Origin: a virus
Length of the DNA stretch: 64,000 nucleotides
Virus record (IMG/VR): IMGVR_UViG_3300043774_000178
Span: 50,091-114,090 of that record
Strand: one strand, 5' to 3'
The position numbers were made by a program, and so were the translations under genes. Positions 30,236 to 39,170 of the stretch are shown here, piece after piece; the first letter of the stretch is position 1, and each line of letters starts with the position of its first letter. The notes beneath the pieces were generated by a model. The model did no database searches. It was not told where the DNA came from and saw nothing but the letters and a program-made list of their open reading frames with translations.

Positions 30236-30407
30236 TCTTCAAGTATTTTTTCTCAAACTTATCCCAGCCTTCAAAGTTAGCAATCATTAAGTCAAGAGAT
30301 ATCTCCTCTTCATGCTCAGAACACATATTTATACCTTTGATGTCTAAATCAGGACTATACCTTTTGGTAGCTGGAGCTCCACACTTAATACATGTTTCTT
30401 TGCTCAT
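30210..30407 (-). CDS. Small Zn-ribbon protein
   Basis: CIKCGAPAT...MCSEH. Confidence 0.55.
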   Translation of the reverse strand: MSKETCIKCGAPATKRYSPDLDIKGINMCSEHEEEISLDLMIANFEGWDKFEKKYLKNGKDNNKV

Positions 30408-30547
30408 TCTTCTGATTTAAAGGTTAATTACTTTCTTTCTTTTTCATGAATCTTTCTATGGCTTCTTCTGTGTTTTCATAGATGTACCAAGCATCTTCAC
30501 CACATTCTTTTGCCCATTCAATAAATTCTTCTAATAGTTCTTCCATT

Positions 30548-30838
30548 CTATTCTGATTTAAAGGTTTCAACATCAATAGTACCATCCCTGTATTCGGTTA
30601 CTATTGTTTCACCAAAGGTTTCGTTGTAGTATTGTTCTGCTTCTCTATCTGGGTTATCTTTAACATCATTGTCACCAGCGTAGTAAGCCTTTTTTATCTG
30701 CTCTTTCTCCTTTTCTAAGGCTTTCTCTACTAATTCATCTTTGAGTTCAAAGAAATCATTTAGATTAATTTCTTTTTGTCTTAATCTTTCTTCTAATTCA
30801 ATGATTCTGTCTGCTAAATTTTCCACTGCTGTTTTCAT
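30548..30838 (-). CDS. Hypothetical protein
   Basis: MKTAVE...EKEQIKKAY...AEQYYNETF. Confidence 0.6.
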   Translation of the reverse strand: MKTAVENLADRIIELEERLRQKEINLNDFFELKDELVEKALEKEKEQIKKAYYAGDNDVKDNPDREAEQYYNETFGETIVTEYRDGTIDVETFKSE

Positions 30839-31131
30839 ATCTCCTCAATAAATTGTTTAACTTCTTGCCAATATTTTTCACTTAATTCTAATTTTTTATC
30901 AATTCTAAAAGCTGATAATAGTTTATTGATTTTCCAAACAACATTTTCTTGGTTTTTCAATATCTCATCAACTGCAATTAATGCGCATAGTTTAGCATTA
31001 TTGTCACTTGATTTTATATTAATATCACAACTAAGTTGCCCTGCTATTGTTGATTCTGTTGGTATTACTGCTGGGGGCATTTTCATCTTCATTTTACCAA
31101 CTAACTCTTCCGCTTTTTCTTTTGCTGTCAT
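30835..31131 (-). CDS. Hypothetical protein
   Basis: MTAKEKAEELV...AKLCALIAVDEIL...YWQEVK. Confidence 0.6.
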   Translation of the reverse strand: MTAKEKAEELVGKMKMKMPPAVIPTESTIAGQLSCDINIKSSDNNAKLCALIAVDEILKNQENVVWKINKLLSAFRIDKKLELSEKYWQEVKQFIEEI

Positions 31132-31781
31132 AAATTAAATGCCTTTACTGTATACTCAAATGGATTACCCTCAATACCCTTTACTAAATTTAACATCTCC
31201 TGTGCTATCTCTTTTATTTCTAACTGAGCATGTTCAGAGTTTCTAAGCTCTTGAAAGTGTGCAAAGCTTCTGAAGTTAAACATTACATCCATAGTAATTT
31301 GAGAGTTAAATGTTTTAAAGAATCTTGCTGATTCCTTAGCTCTCTTTCTACCAAGTATAGGAGTAAGTTCTTCTAAACACTTGTGGTACATGTTATTACC
31401 TAGGTCTGCATACCAATTAAGATACTCATACCATGTAAATATCTCAGTCTCCACAGTACTGATCTGGATATCCTTCCAATCTTCAGGGAGATACATCCTG
31501 TCCTCCTTAAGCTCTTTATACCTAGCAGACTCTCCATTAATACTAACTCCAATCCGGTGCTTTAGTAAATGAATATGTGATGCCTGATCACAAGTAACTA
31601 AGAAGTGTAAAGAGCTTTTCTCAAATGGTGTGTGATGACCCTCTGAAGCAAGCATAGATAATAACTGTGGTATTCTATTTACCTTATCTTCTGTTAGGTC
31701 TCTACTTGTGGATGTCCAAGCTGACTGAGCATGAATAGTATCAGACCCATACCAACCTAATAGTTCTACTGTGTTCTCCAT
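31128..31781 (-). CDS. thyX: FAD-dependent thymidylate synthase
   Basis: GHHTPFE, LLKHRIGVSINGESARY, KESAR, FNFRSF..F.ELR..HAQLEI. Confidence 0.92.
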   Translation of the reverse strand: MENTVELLGWYGSDTIHAQSAWTSTSRDLTEDKVNRIPQLLSMLASEGHHTPFEKSSLHFLVTCDQASHIHLLKHRIGVSINGESARYKELKEDRMYLPEDWKDIQISTVETEIFTWYEYLNWYADLGNNMYHKCLEELTPILGRKRAKESARFFKTFNSQITMDVMFNFRSFAHFQELRNSEHAQLEIKEIAQEMLNLVKGIEGNPFEYTVKAFNL

Positions 31782-31782
31782 C

Positions 31783-32040
31783 CTACTTCTTTTTAAATTG
31801 TTCAAACCATTCTAAATCTTGTTTAAGAAGTAATTCCTGAAAGGGTTTTACATTGGTACCAAAATGTTTAGACCTTTGTGTTAATAATTCAATTACTTCT
31901 TCCTCACTATACATTCTTTCAGCTATCCATTTAGCACCTTCTATAAAAATTCTTCTATAAATTTCTGCACTTCTATCTGTACCATCACATCCATCAGGAT
32001 ATAATATCTTAGCAGCTTCTTCAAGTGTTTCTTTATTCAT
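31783..32040 (-). CDS. Hypothetical protein
   Basis: ETLEEAA...EGAKW..ERMYSEEEV...WFEQFKKK. Confidence 0.6.
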   Translation of the reverse strand: MNKETLEEAAKILYPDGCDGTDRSAEIYRRIFIEGAKWIAERMYSEEEVIELLTQRSKHFGTNVKPFQELLLKQDLEWFEQFKKK

Positions 32041-32041
32041 A

Positions 32042-32452
32042 TCAAATCTTTTTAAGTATTAAACATCCTTCTGAGTCAAGTTTTGGTATTGCTCTGTCAC
32101 ATAATCCATCTTCATCCCATTCTAAATCTGAATCATGCTTTACAATGTTTCCTGTTCTTGAATTTTTCATTATAATCTCAACTTCAATTTCTGTTGGGTG
32201 CAGTATTTCATACAACTCCATTGCTTTTTTGAATCCTTGTTTAAATCCATATTCAGTATCATCTTGTGCCGTTGGATATATTGAATGATTTTTAGCAAAA
32301 TCTTCAGCCAACTTCTCAACATCAACTACTCCAAATATCTCATCACAGTTTTGTTTGGATAGAAGTGCAGTAGCACATGCTAACATATCTTCATCATTAT
32401 AGAACTTTAGCTTATACAGCTGTTCTGGTGTCTTAATAAGTATTGCTTTCAT
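32042..32452 (-). CDS. Hypothetical protein
   Basis: 136-aa ORF. Confidence 0.6.
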   Translation of the reverse strand: MKAILIKTPEQLYKLKFYNDEDMLACATALLSKQNCDEIFGVVDVEKLAEDFAKNHSIYPTAQDDTEYGFKQGFKKAMELYEILHPTEIEVEIIMKNSRTGNIVKHDSDLEWDEDGLCDRAIPKLDSEGCLILKKI

Positions 32453-32657
32453 CTTCTAATTCTTTAAGTAAAGCATCTGCCATTTTAACTGACCATTTTG
32501 CAATAACCTCTCTGTCATTATCTCTTTGAACATATTTTTGCATACAAATACCCTGTAAAGCTAACCCAGCAAAGTATTCTCTTTTGGTTAGACCTATTTG
32601 TGTAAAACCTAAATTGGTATCAATCATTGCAAATGCCCCTTGTTTTCCATTTTCCAT
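32433..32657 (-). CDS. Small conserved phage protein
   Basis: GLTKREYFAGLALQG...ADALLKEL motif. Confidence 0.7.
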   Translation of the reverse strand: MENGKQGAFAMIDTNLGFTQIGLTKREYFAGLALQGICMQKYVQRDNDREVIAKWSVKMADALLKELEDESNTY

Positions 32658-32658
32658 A

Positions 32659-32994
32659 TTATAAATTTTTAGAAATATACTCTAATACTTCAGGAGAAGC
32701 ACTAGCTTTAAACTTACCCTGATTTATGTAGTCAAACATTCTATAGAATACCATAGCATTGTCCTGTATATTATCAAAGCTATTTATTCTATCCAGTTTT
32801 TCTGTGACATAACCATACTGGTTATCATAAGTATTCCATATATCTGTGGCAATACTTTTCATCTCATTAAATATTTCTTGACTTGGTGTTTCCATATTAC
32901 TTAATCTTTTTAAGTTCTCTTTTAAGTTGCTTAATTTCTCCTTCAATACTCTCAATAAAAGCCATCCAGTGGTCATACTTTCTTTCTCTTTCAT
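32659..32994 (-). CDS. Hypothetical protein (start probably later, at METPS)
   Basis: ORF overlapping the next gene. Confidence 0.55.
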   Translation of the reverse strand: MKEKESMTTGWLLLRVLKEKLSNLKENLKRLSNMETPSQEIFNEMKSIATDIWNTYDNQYGYVTEKLDRINSFDNIQDNAMVFYRMFDYINQGKFKASASPEVLEYISKNL

Positions 32995-33226
32995 CTAAAA
33001 GTTCTTGAGCAAGATCAGCAACTATATCACAGGCATTAAACCAAAGTTCTTCAGGACAGAGATCATCACCTTCTTCTATTTGCTCATCAGTTGCACCAAT
33101 AGATCTTAAATATTCCTCTTTCTCTTCATATAATCTTTTTAACTTAGCTGTATCATCTGGATATAAAGGATATCCATTAGTAAAATAATCTAACTCTTTT
33201 TGACTAAATTTCTTTTTCTTTTTCAT
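32897..33226 (-). CDS. Hypothetical protein
   Basis: 109-aa ORF. Confidence 0.6.
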   Translation of the reverse strand: MKKKKKFSQKELDYFTNGYPLYPDDTAKLKRLYEEKEEYLRSIGATDEQIEEGDDLCPEELWFNACDIVADLAQELLDERERKYDHWMAFIESIEGEIKQLKRELKKIK

Positions 33227-33284
33227 AATATTTTTTAGTTAAAAAAGTCAGGACAGATGTTACTCTATCCTGACTATTATAATC

Positions 33285-33791
33285 TTATTTTCCTTTCAGT
33301 CTTGGTAACTGATTAGGATTTTCTGTTAAACTCATAAAGTTTTTAGGTAGAATTCCTTCCTGTATAAATATACTAATTATCTCATCCTTAGATATTTTAA
33401 GATCTTTGAATGTTAGTACATTTCTAAAGTTTGGATCTGTCTCATCATTGTTTAACAAGAAATCAGTGATCGGAGAATCTGGAAATAGTGTCTTGAAGAT
33501 AAAGTTAGTATATCTATTAGTAAGCTTCTGCTTATATAGATTGATTACTACTTGTGCTCGCTGATACACTTTACTGACTCTTTGCTTTTTCTTACTACAC
33601 ATGGTAGCAAGCTCTTCTTTACTCATAGCACTAAGACCATATAGTGCTCTTTTGTAAAGATAATTCTGATATTGAGAGTAAGTATCTTGTTCATACTGTA
33701 CGTATGTTTTTCCTGCATACAGTTGATAGTTTTCAAGTTTACCACTATACTCAAATTTCTGCTGTTGTTTCATTTTCATATTCATATACAT
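33285..33791 (-). CDS. Hypothetical protein
   Basis: 168-aa ORF flanked by terminator-like hairpins. Confidence 0.7.
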   Translation of the reverse strand: MYMNMKMKQQQKFEYSGKLENYQLYAGKTYVQYEQDTYSQYQNYLYKRALYGLSAMSKEELATMCSKKKQRVSKVYQRAQVVINLYKQKLTNRYTNFIFKTLFPDSPITDFLLNNDETDPNFRNVLTFKDLKISKDEIISIFIQEGILPKNFMSLTENPNQLPRLKGK

Positions 33792-33855
33792 TTACTTAAT
33801 TAAAAAAAAGAGGAGATACGAATAATCATACCTCCTCTATAACTAAACCTAAACC

Positions 33856-34314
33856 TTAGACAATGTCAAAGTTGTCATTAGCTTTGATACCTGATTGTTT
33901 AGTCTTATATGCTGCACGCAATTCTTCAACATTGTCATGTTGAATTGTGATATCAGCAGTCTTAGGATTTTCTGAATACCGTGTTCTACGGTAAATAGGA
34001 TCTCCATTAAGAGTACACACAATTCCTGTGTCACCTGCTACTTTTAAGTCTAATTCAGGTTTACGGAATGGAGTTATAGACTCTTCTACCCAGATTGCTC
34101 CTGGTAATTCTTGTCCAACTTTGTAGTCAAGCTCTTGTAACTGGTCAATGTTACCTTTTAACAAGAAGCTTACACGTTTCTTTTCTAAGAAACCATTAGC
34201 ATTAATCAAATTACGAGTTTGTGAAAGTGTAATGTATCCGTACATAGGATTGCTTGATACATTTACTACAGATCCTGTTGCAGAGTCTCCCTCTACGATT
34301 ACTTTTGAATTCAT
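33856..34314 (-). CDS. Hypothetical beta-rich protein, possibly ssDNA-binding
   Basis: 152-aa ORF with own terminator; acidic end. Confidence 0.6.
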   Translation of the reverse strand: MNSKVIVEGDSATGSVVNVSSNPMYGYITLSQTRNLINANGFLEKKRVSFLLKGNIDQLQELDYKVGQELPGAIWVEESITPFRKPELDLKVAGDTGIVCTLNGDPIYRRTRYSENPKTADITIQHDNVEELRAAYKTKQSGIKANDNFDIV

Positions 34315-34421
34315 CTTTAAGATAATTTTGGTTAAACAATAAAATAGATGTGAGTTAATATACTATACACAAGCTAACTCATGCTGTGTGTAAGTGATAG
34401 TGCTTATTGCGCAATTGGGCA

Positions 34422-34703
34422 CTATATATCCAAGGAATCAGAAAGATCTATGATGTCATCAAATGGTGTGTCATCTGATGGTATATTGTTTATTTCCTCA
34501 TCTTCTAATGGTAGATAATCAAAGTCATAATGTTTGTCTGGGACTTGTTTATCTACTGCTGAACCGGAAAATGGATTAAGTATGGATTCACCATAATCAA
34601 GAGAGATGAGGTATTGTATATCCTGTTCAGTAAGATCAAGATACTCCTCTATGGTGAGGTAAACCGTTTTACCAGTAGGTAGCTGAAATAACAATTTAAA
34701 CAC
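34422..34703 (-). CDS. Acidic hypothetical protein
   Basis: FQLPTGKTVYLTIEEYLDLT; D/E-rich tail; start uncertain. Confidence 0.55.
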   Translation of the reverse strand: MFKLLFQLPTGKTVYLTIEEYLDLTEQDIQYLISLDYGESILNPFSGSAVDKQVPDKHYDFDYLPLEDEEINNIPSDDTPFDDIIDLSDSLDI

Positions 34704-34849
34704 AAATAAGCGTAAATATATTACATTTTCATACTCAACAAGTTAAGTGTGCTTATTTAAATGCATTATATAGCTACATGATAAAGGGAGTATATTTCAA
34801 CTCCCTGTTTTATCATTGGTCTATGAAAGTATACAGCAGATATACTATC

Positions 34850-35272
34850 TTAAAAGGGTACTGGAATCCAATCATAAGGATCTCCTTCTGGATTTAGTCT
34901 AAAATCTTTGAGATCTACAGAATACTCACCAAAATCACCTGGAAGTTGTATCCTTAGTGGACTATATTTAGTATATCCACTAAATGAAATCACTCTAACT
35001 TCTATAAATCCATTTTGATTGTAAGGAGATGCTGCTACTAGATCATACATCTGATTGTACTTCAGTTTCTCAACACTGATAAACCCCATATAGTTATCTT
35101 TAGGAGGTCTTGGTAATTTATTACCAAGTACAAGAGATATGAAATAGTTTGATGCAGTATGATTCTCAGATATTAATTCAGATAACAAAGTTACTATGTC
35201 TGGATTACTATTCTTGAGTAACTGCTTGAGACTATTACTTATATCAGTGTTGGTGATATTGATCTGTATCAT
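34850..35272 (-). CDS. Hypothetical protein
   Basis: 140-aa ORF. Confidence 0.6.
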   Translation of the reverse strand: MIQINITNTDISNSLKQLLKNSNPDIVTLLSELISENHTASNYFISLVLGNKLPRPPKDNYMGFISVEKLKYNQMYDLVAASPYNQNGFIEVRVISFSGYTKYSPLRIQLPGDFGEYSVDLKDFRLNPEGDPYDWIPVPF

Positions 35273-35574
35273 AGTGCATCTTTTAAAGTATTAACTATTT
35301 CACTTCTATGATGAGCTCTACCCATTACTAGTATGAGGTATGTTGCTTCATTCATATGGTTGATTTGTGCAATAGCTTTCTCTAATGCAAGTGCAAAGTC
35401 TGATTCTGTTTTTAGAGCATTAAGACCAATCTCTATAATCTCATATAATCTGTCATCAGTTATGCCAAGCGCATCTGCAAGATTAGTGCTATCATCATTG
35501 ATGATTAGAAGCTTGTACTTTTGATTAGGAATGTACGTGTTTTCCTTTTTTTTTTTCTTGAATAAGTTGAACAT
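35269..35574 (-). CDS. Hypothetical protein
   Basis: 101-aa ORF. Confidence 0.6.
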   Translation of the reverse strand: MFNLFKKKKKENTYIPNQKYKLLIINDDSTNLADALGITDDRLYEIIEIGLNALKTESDFALALEKAIAQINHMNEATYLILVMGRAHHRSEIVNTLKDAL

Positions 35575-35869
35575 AAGTTTGTTTTTAAGGTGAATATATA
35601 GCTAAGCAGGAGAATTAATACTCTCCTGCTATAAAACAATATAGTTCTAACAAGAACCATAGAATGATGGATATCTTGTATCCTTTATTTAAGAGTGAAT
35701 CCATTGTCTACAAGAATTAGAATGTCTACTGTGTTTTTGTTGTTTCTTCACATGCTTACGATGCTTCTTGTAATTAAAGCCTCTGTGTTTGGGATACTTA
35801 TCCCGTGTGTTAGCAGAAGACACTACTGGTAATGCAATCAGAATTGCAATAATCAAATGTTTAATCATA

Positions 35870-36082
35870 TTATTTGTTTTTAGGGTTTAAATATTCAACA
35901 ATTTTTGTGGGCATACGTCCACTGTTTAATACTGCTATACCAGCAGTGATATCTGATTCAGCCCATATTGTAAAGACTTCTTCATTACTCCATACTTTAA
36001 ACGGTACAAGACCTGCAGTATGGAGTTCATACATCTGCTCAACATAGTCATCATAGTATTGGTCATATATAGGATCTTGCAT
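35870..36082 (-). CDS. Hypothetical protein
   Basis: 70-aa ORF. Confidence 0.55.
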   Translation of the reverse strand: MQDPIYDQYYDDYVEQMYELHTAGLVPFKVWSNEEVFTIWAESDITAGIAVLNSGRMPTKIVEYLNPKNK

Positions 36083-36324
36083 CAGTCATGACTTTTAGGT
36101 GTAACGCCTACTATTTGATCAGGTGTATATTCATCTAATGCTTTTATATAAGCTTCTATAGCTGTGTCAGCGTGTATAGTCACTACTGATACAGAGTATC
36201 TTTGACTACCAGGTTGTATTCTGACCAAATATGCTTGGTTATCTCCACCAAAGAATTCTCTAAATGCAGTTAGTATAGCTTCCTCAGAAGCCATGCCATT
36301 CATCATTAGAATAATCTTCTTCAA
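36082..36324 (-). CDS. Hypothetical protein
   Basis: 80-aa ORF. Confidence 0.5.
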   Translation of the reverse strand: MKKIILMMNGMASEEAILTAFREFFGGDNQAYLVRIQPGSQRYSVSVVTIHADTAIEAYIKALDEYTPDQIVGVTPKSHD

Positions 36325-36508
36325 GCATTTGCTCTAAGAAATTTTGAGCTATCTCACCATGAATCTCAAACTTAGGTTTTACAGGTGTAGCAACTTGCTT
36401 AGCTCTAATAAGCATTTTAAGAGTGTTACGGAGGTGATTAACGTCCATATCATCAACATTAATCTTTTGACCATTCCTCATGGTCCAATAAACTGGTTCT
36501 TTAATCAT
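36284..36508 (-). CDS. Small conserved phage protein
   Basis: YWTMRNGQKINVDDMDVNHLRNTLKML motif. Confidence 0.65.
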   Translation of the reverse strand: MIKEPVYWTMRNGQKINVDDMDVNHLRNTLKMLIRAKQVATPVKPKFEIHGEIAQNFLEQMLEEDYSNDEWHGF

Positions 36509-36523
36509 AATTATAAATTTAAG

Positions 36524-36790
36524 TTAGTAATCAAGTTTCTGTATTTCTTTTTGGATAAATTCTAGTCTTGCCTCTAGATTTCCATATTCATTAAATGCTA
36601 GTAATTCTGCATCACTAAGTTGTGCTTTATATTCTTCAACTGGTTTATTCATATAGTTACCTAAATGAATATATTCTTCTTGACTAATAAGATTTGATTC
36701 TAACAATCCTCTTAACCAGCCCATTATACCGCCTCTAAACTTATCTTTGTTTTGCACCATAAGTTTTAATAGTTCTTTGTCTGCTCTCAT
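36524..36790 (-). CDS. Hypothetical protein
   Basis: 88-aa ORF. Confidence 0.6.
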   Translation of the reverse strand: MRADKELLKLMVQNKDKFRGGIMGWLRGLLESNLISQEEYIHLGNYMNKPVEEYKAQLSDAELLAFNEYGNLEARLEFIQKEIQKLDY

Positions 36791-36824
36791 AATATTATTA
36801 ATTAAGTTTCTATAAGTTATGTTA

Positions 36825-37555
36825 AGTAAAACTACAAGTCAAACTCTGCTTTACAGTATGAGAGTTTATGCCTGAAACCTTGTAGTCTACTCAACAACCA
36901 GAAGTGTTAGCCCGTTGCTGTCCCTAGGGAGTGCTGGCATGTGGTTACTGGTTAAATACCCCTCTGCACTCAGTTGTAATAGTATTGGTTGTAGCTCAAT
37001 TTAAAAGTAAACATCATTCAAGATAGCGTACTGTGAACACTTCTATATATCTATAGAGCTATCACTATCTTATAGTTTAAATTAAATCATAACTAAGAGT
37101 TCTTATACTACTCTTAAATCAACTATTACAACTGCTCACCCTTGGGAAGTGAGAATGGTGCATTAGTACCTTGCATACTCTTACAAGGATTAGTTATTTC
37201 TGTCTTCCAGTGGTACTTCTACCTGCAATTTTAACTACTCCAATTGCATAAATTACTTTAAGTATAAAGCTTTCGCATTTCACTTATGCCTTTCTTACAA
37301 AGATGATTAGTCTTCTCAACCTTTACAGAGGTTTAGTTAGGAGTTACATACAGCTAACAAGTAATCATCTTGTTTCTTATAATCTTACTGTAATAAGATT
37401 AAATCACTGACATAAATAGTACTCTCACAAGGTTGCAACCCTTGAGGATGTAGTCATTCCATTAAGAGCCCACAGTAATAGACTGACGAGATCTACTAGT
37501 AGCATTTCCTTACCTGCTTGGATGAGAGTATAAGCAGTTTTATATCATGCTTAGG
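36825..37555 (-). ncRNA. Candidate large structured non-coding RNA (or cluster of RNAs)
   Basis: ~730 nt with no ORF of 60 aa or more, containing many long complementary pairings (see findings); strand inferred from context. Confidence 0.55.
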
Positions 37556-37563
37556 ATATGTCT

Positions 37564-37809
37564 TTAGATATTATCAATACATATTAATGAATCTAAGTCA
37601 GCGTATTTACCTGTGTATACTTTGCCCGACTGTGATTCTACTTTGATACTATCTTCAGAGACTTCAAGGAAATACTCTGTCTTAATATGCTTAGAAGTTT
37701 TGGGAGAATGATGCTCTACAGCATTATTGTGTCCTAATATACATCCTACAAAGAATGTAATAATAGCATAAATAGTGAATGCGAATGCAAGTTTACCATT
37801 GTTAATCAT
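37564..37809 (-). CDS. Membrane-anchored hypothetical protein
   Basis: MINNGKLAFAFTIYAIITFFVGCILG TM helix; upstream Tyr-rich extension judged spurious. Confidence 0.6.
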   Translation of the reverse strand: MINNGKLAFAFTIYAIITFFVGCILGHNNAVEHHSPKTSKHIKTEYFLEVSEDSIKVESQSGKVYTGKYADLDSLICIDNI

Positions 37810-37929
37810 ATAATTGAGATTTGAGTTACTGAAATTAATTCCCCGGAGAATATGTGGCTCTAATAGATAATAATAATAGTATAGATAGAGATAGAGATAG
37901 TAAGTAAGTATGTATAAAGATACTTGTAT

Positions 37930-38121
37930 ATACTGACCAATAGCCATATTCTTAAATTGTATGTGGAGTATGAGTAGGGATTATTCATACTGACCAAGGT
38001 TGTTGTAGATATGTGGTGGTTGATTATCAACTAGTTAGCTCTTAATGAATCTTAATTAATCCATAGTAACTTCAATAACATACTAGTTTATCACTAGTAT
38101 ATACTGACCATGTATTGACCA
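37930..38121. repeat. ATACTGACCA direct repeats
   Basis: Copies at 37930, 37987, 38101 and variant GTATTGACCA at 38112. Confidence 0.7.
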
Positions 38122-38239
38122 TACCTTTACAACCCCACTCTGTTTTGAGCTGTTTAACTTAAGCCGCAGACGAAGTCTGCTTAATAGCAAAAACAATAAC
38201 CCTACACTGTATATCAGTATAGGGTCATTGTGGATTGGG

Positions 38240-38635
38240 TTAAATCTCAGCCTCAGCTTGTTCCTCAATCACAAAGCCAAACATGGATGCAGTAGTAACT
38301 ACAGCACTTGCAAGATGGCTTAGGGTCCAAAGTATGATGAGCTCACCATTCTCATCGCGCTTAGCATCCTGTGTAGTAGGATCCCACACAGTACTAGCTT
38401 TAGCACTGTACTTACGTCCTACAACAAACTCTGCATCAGCATGGTTATAGGTACCTGCATAAACCTGTGCTGTAGTAGCAATGCCATCTACATCAATGGT
38501 TGCGAGTTTATACTCAGTACCATTAGAGTTGGTGAATGTTTGTGCACTAAGTGGTGCAACAAGCTTAGCACTTTTACGCGCTTCATAGCTAATTGTTCCA
38601 TTAGCTAAGTCTACTCTTTTCATTTTCATAATCAT
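38240..38635 (-). CDS. Early-region hypothetical protein (OB-fold-like?)
   Basis: 131-aa beta-rich ORF downstream of motif 38676. Confidence 0.65.
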   Translation of the reverse strand: MIMKMKRVDLANGTISYEARKSAKLVAPLSAQTFTNSNGTEYKLATIDVDGIATTAQVYAGTYNHADAEFVVGRKYSAKASTVWDPTTQDAKRDENGELIILWTLSHLASAVVTTASMFGFVIEEQAEAEI

Positions 38636-38728
38636 AAAAATTAGAAATTAAACAATCATTTATCCAACTTAGTTATGAGCTGTTTAATAAAAAAGCCGCA
38701 TGCGTAGCATGCTACAAGTGTGGTTAGC

Positions 38729-38826
38729 AATTCCCACTTGGGTATATATTATTACCCATTATGTGAATACAAATTCCCACTTGCTATTAAAACCTTCCCG
38801 TGTGAAGAGTTTGAAATTCCCACTTG
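38729..38826. repeat. Three AATTCCCACTTG repeats at exact 43-bp period
   Basis: Copies at 38729, 38772, 38815, separated by unique 31-bp spacers. Confidence 0.85.
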
Positions 38827-38843
38827 AGTAGAAAAAAAGGGGA

Positions 38844-39110
38844 TTATTCATCCCCTATTAATCTCATGTCTGTGGTTTGAGCTAAATCATTAAGATATTC
38901 AAAGCTCTGTTTCATACTCATAAACAGATTTGCTAATGTCCAATCACATGTTGTAGGATTTCCTGGTCCTTTATAGTAAGTACCATACTTCTTTGTTTTT
39001 GGATCATAAAAGTAGAACCCCATGATATCTATATTTCTACTCATGAATAGTTCTTTCATTTTCCAACGGAGATCCTTTAGCATTTCTAATTCTATTTCTT
39101 TCTTTGTCAT
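38844..39110 (-). CDS. Early cassette hypothetical protein
   Basis: Motif upstream, terminator overlapping stop. Confidence 0.65.
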   Translation of the reverse strand: MTKKEIELEMLKDLRWKMKELFMSRNIDIMGFYFYDPKTKKYGTYYKGPGNPTTCDWTLANLFMSMKQSFEYLNDLAQTTDMRLIGDE

Positions 39111-39170
39111 GATATATAGTTTTAGTTAATAATTGTGAGCTGTTTAAAGAGGTAAATAATAAAGGGGATA

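Noticed and set aside
37490-37515. Hammerhead ribozyme (CTGACGAG)
   Set aside because: No GAAA core follows the adjacent stem on that strand
37420-37530. SAM-I riboswitch (CTCATC start)
   Set aside because: Lacks the conserved GAGGGA/kink-turn/GCAACC arrangement and the matching P1 3' strand
37810-37947. Tyr-rich N-terminal extension of ORF 37564..37947
   Set aside because: Translation of a low-complexity non-coding tract; ATG at 37809 is a better start
38729-38826. CRISPR mini-array
   Set aside because: The repeat is only 12 bp and non-palindromic, and there is no cas operon; kept only as an unexplained repeat
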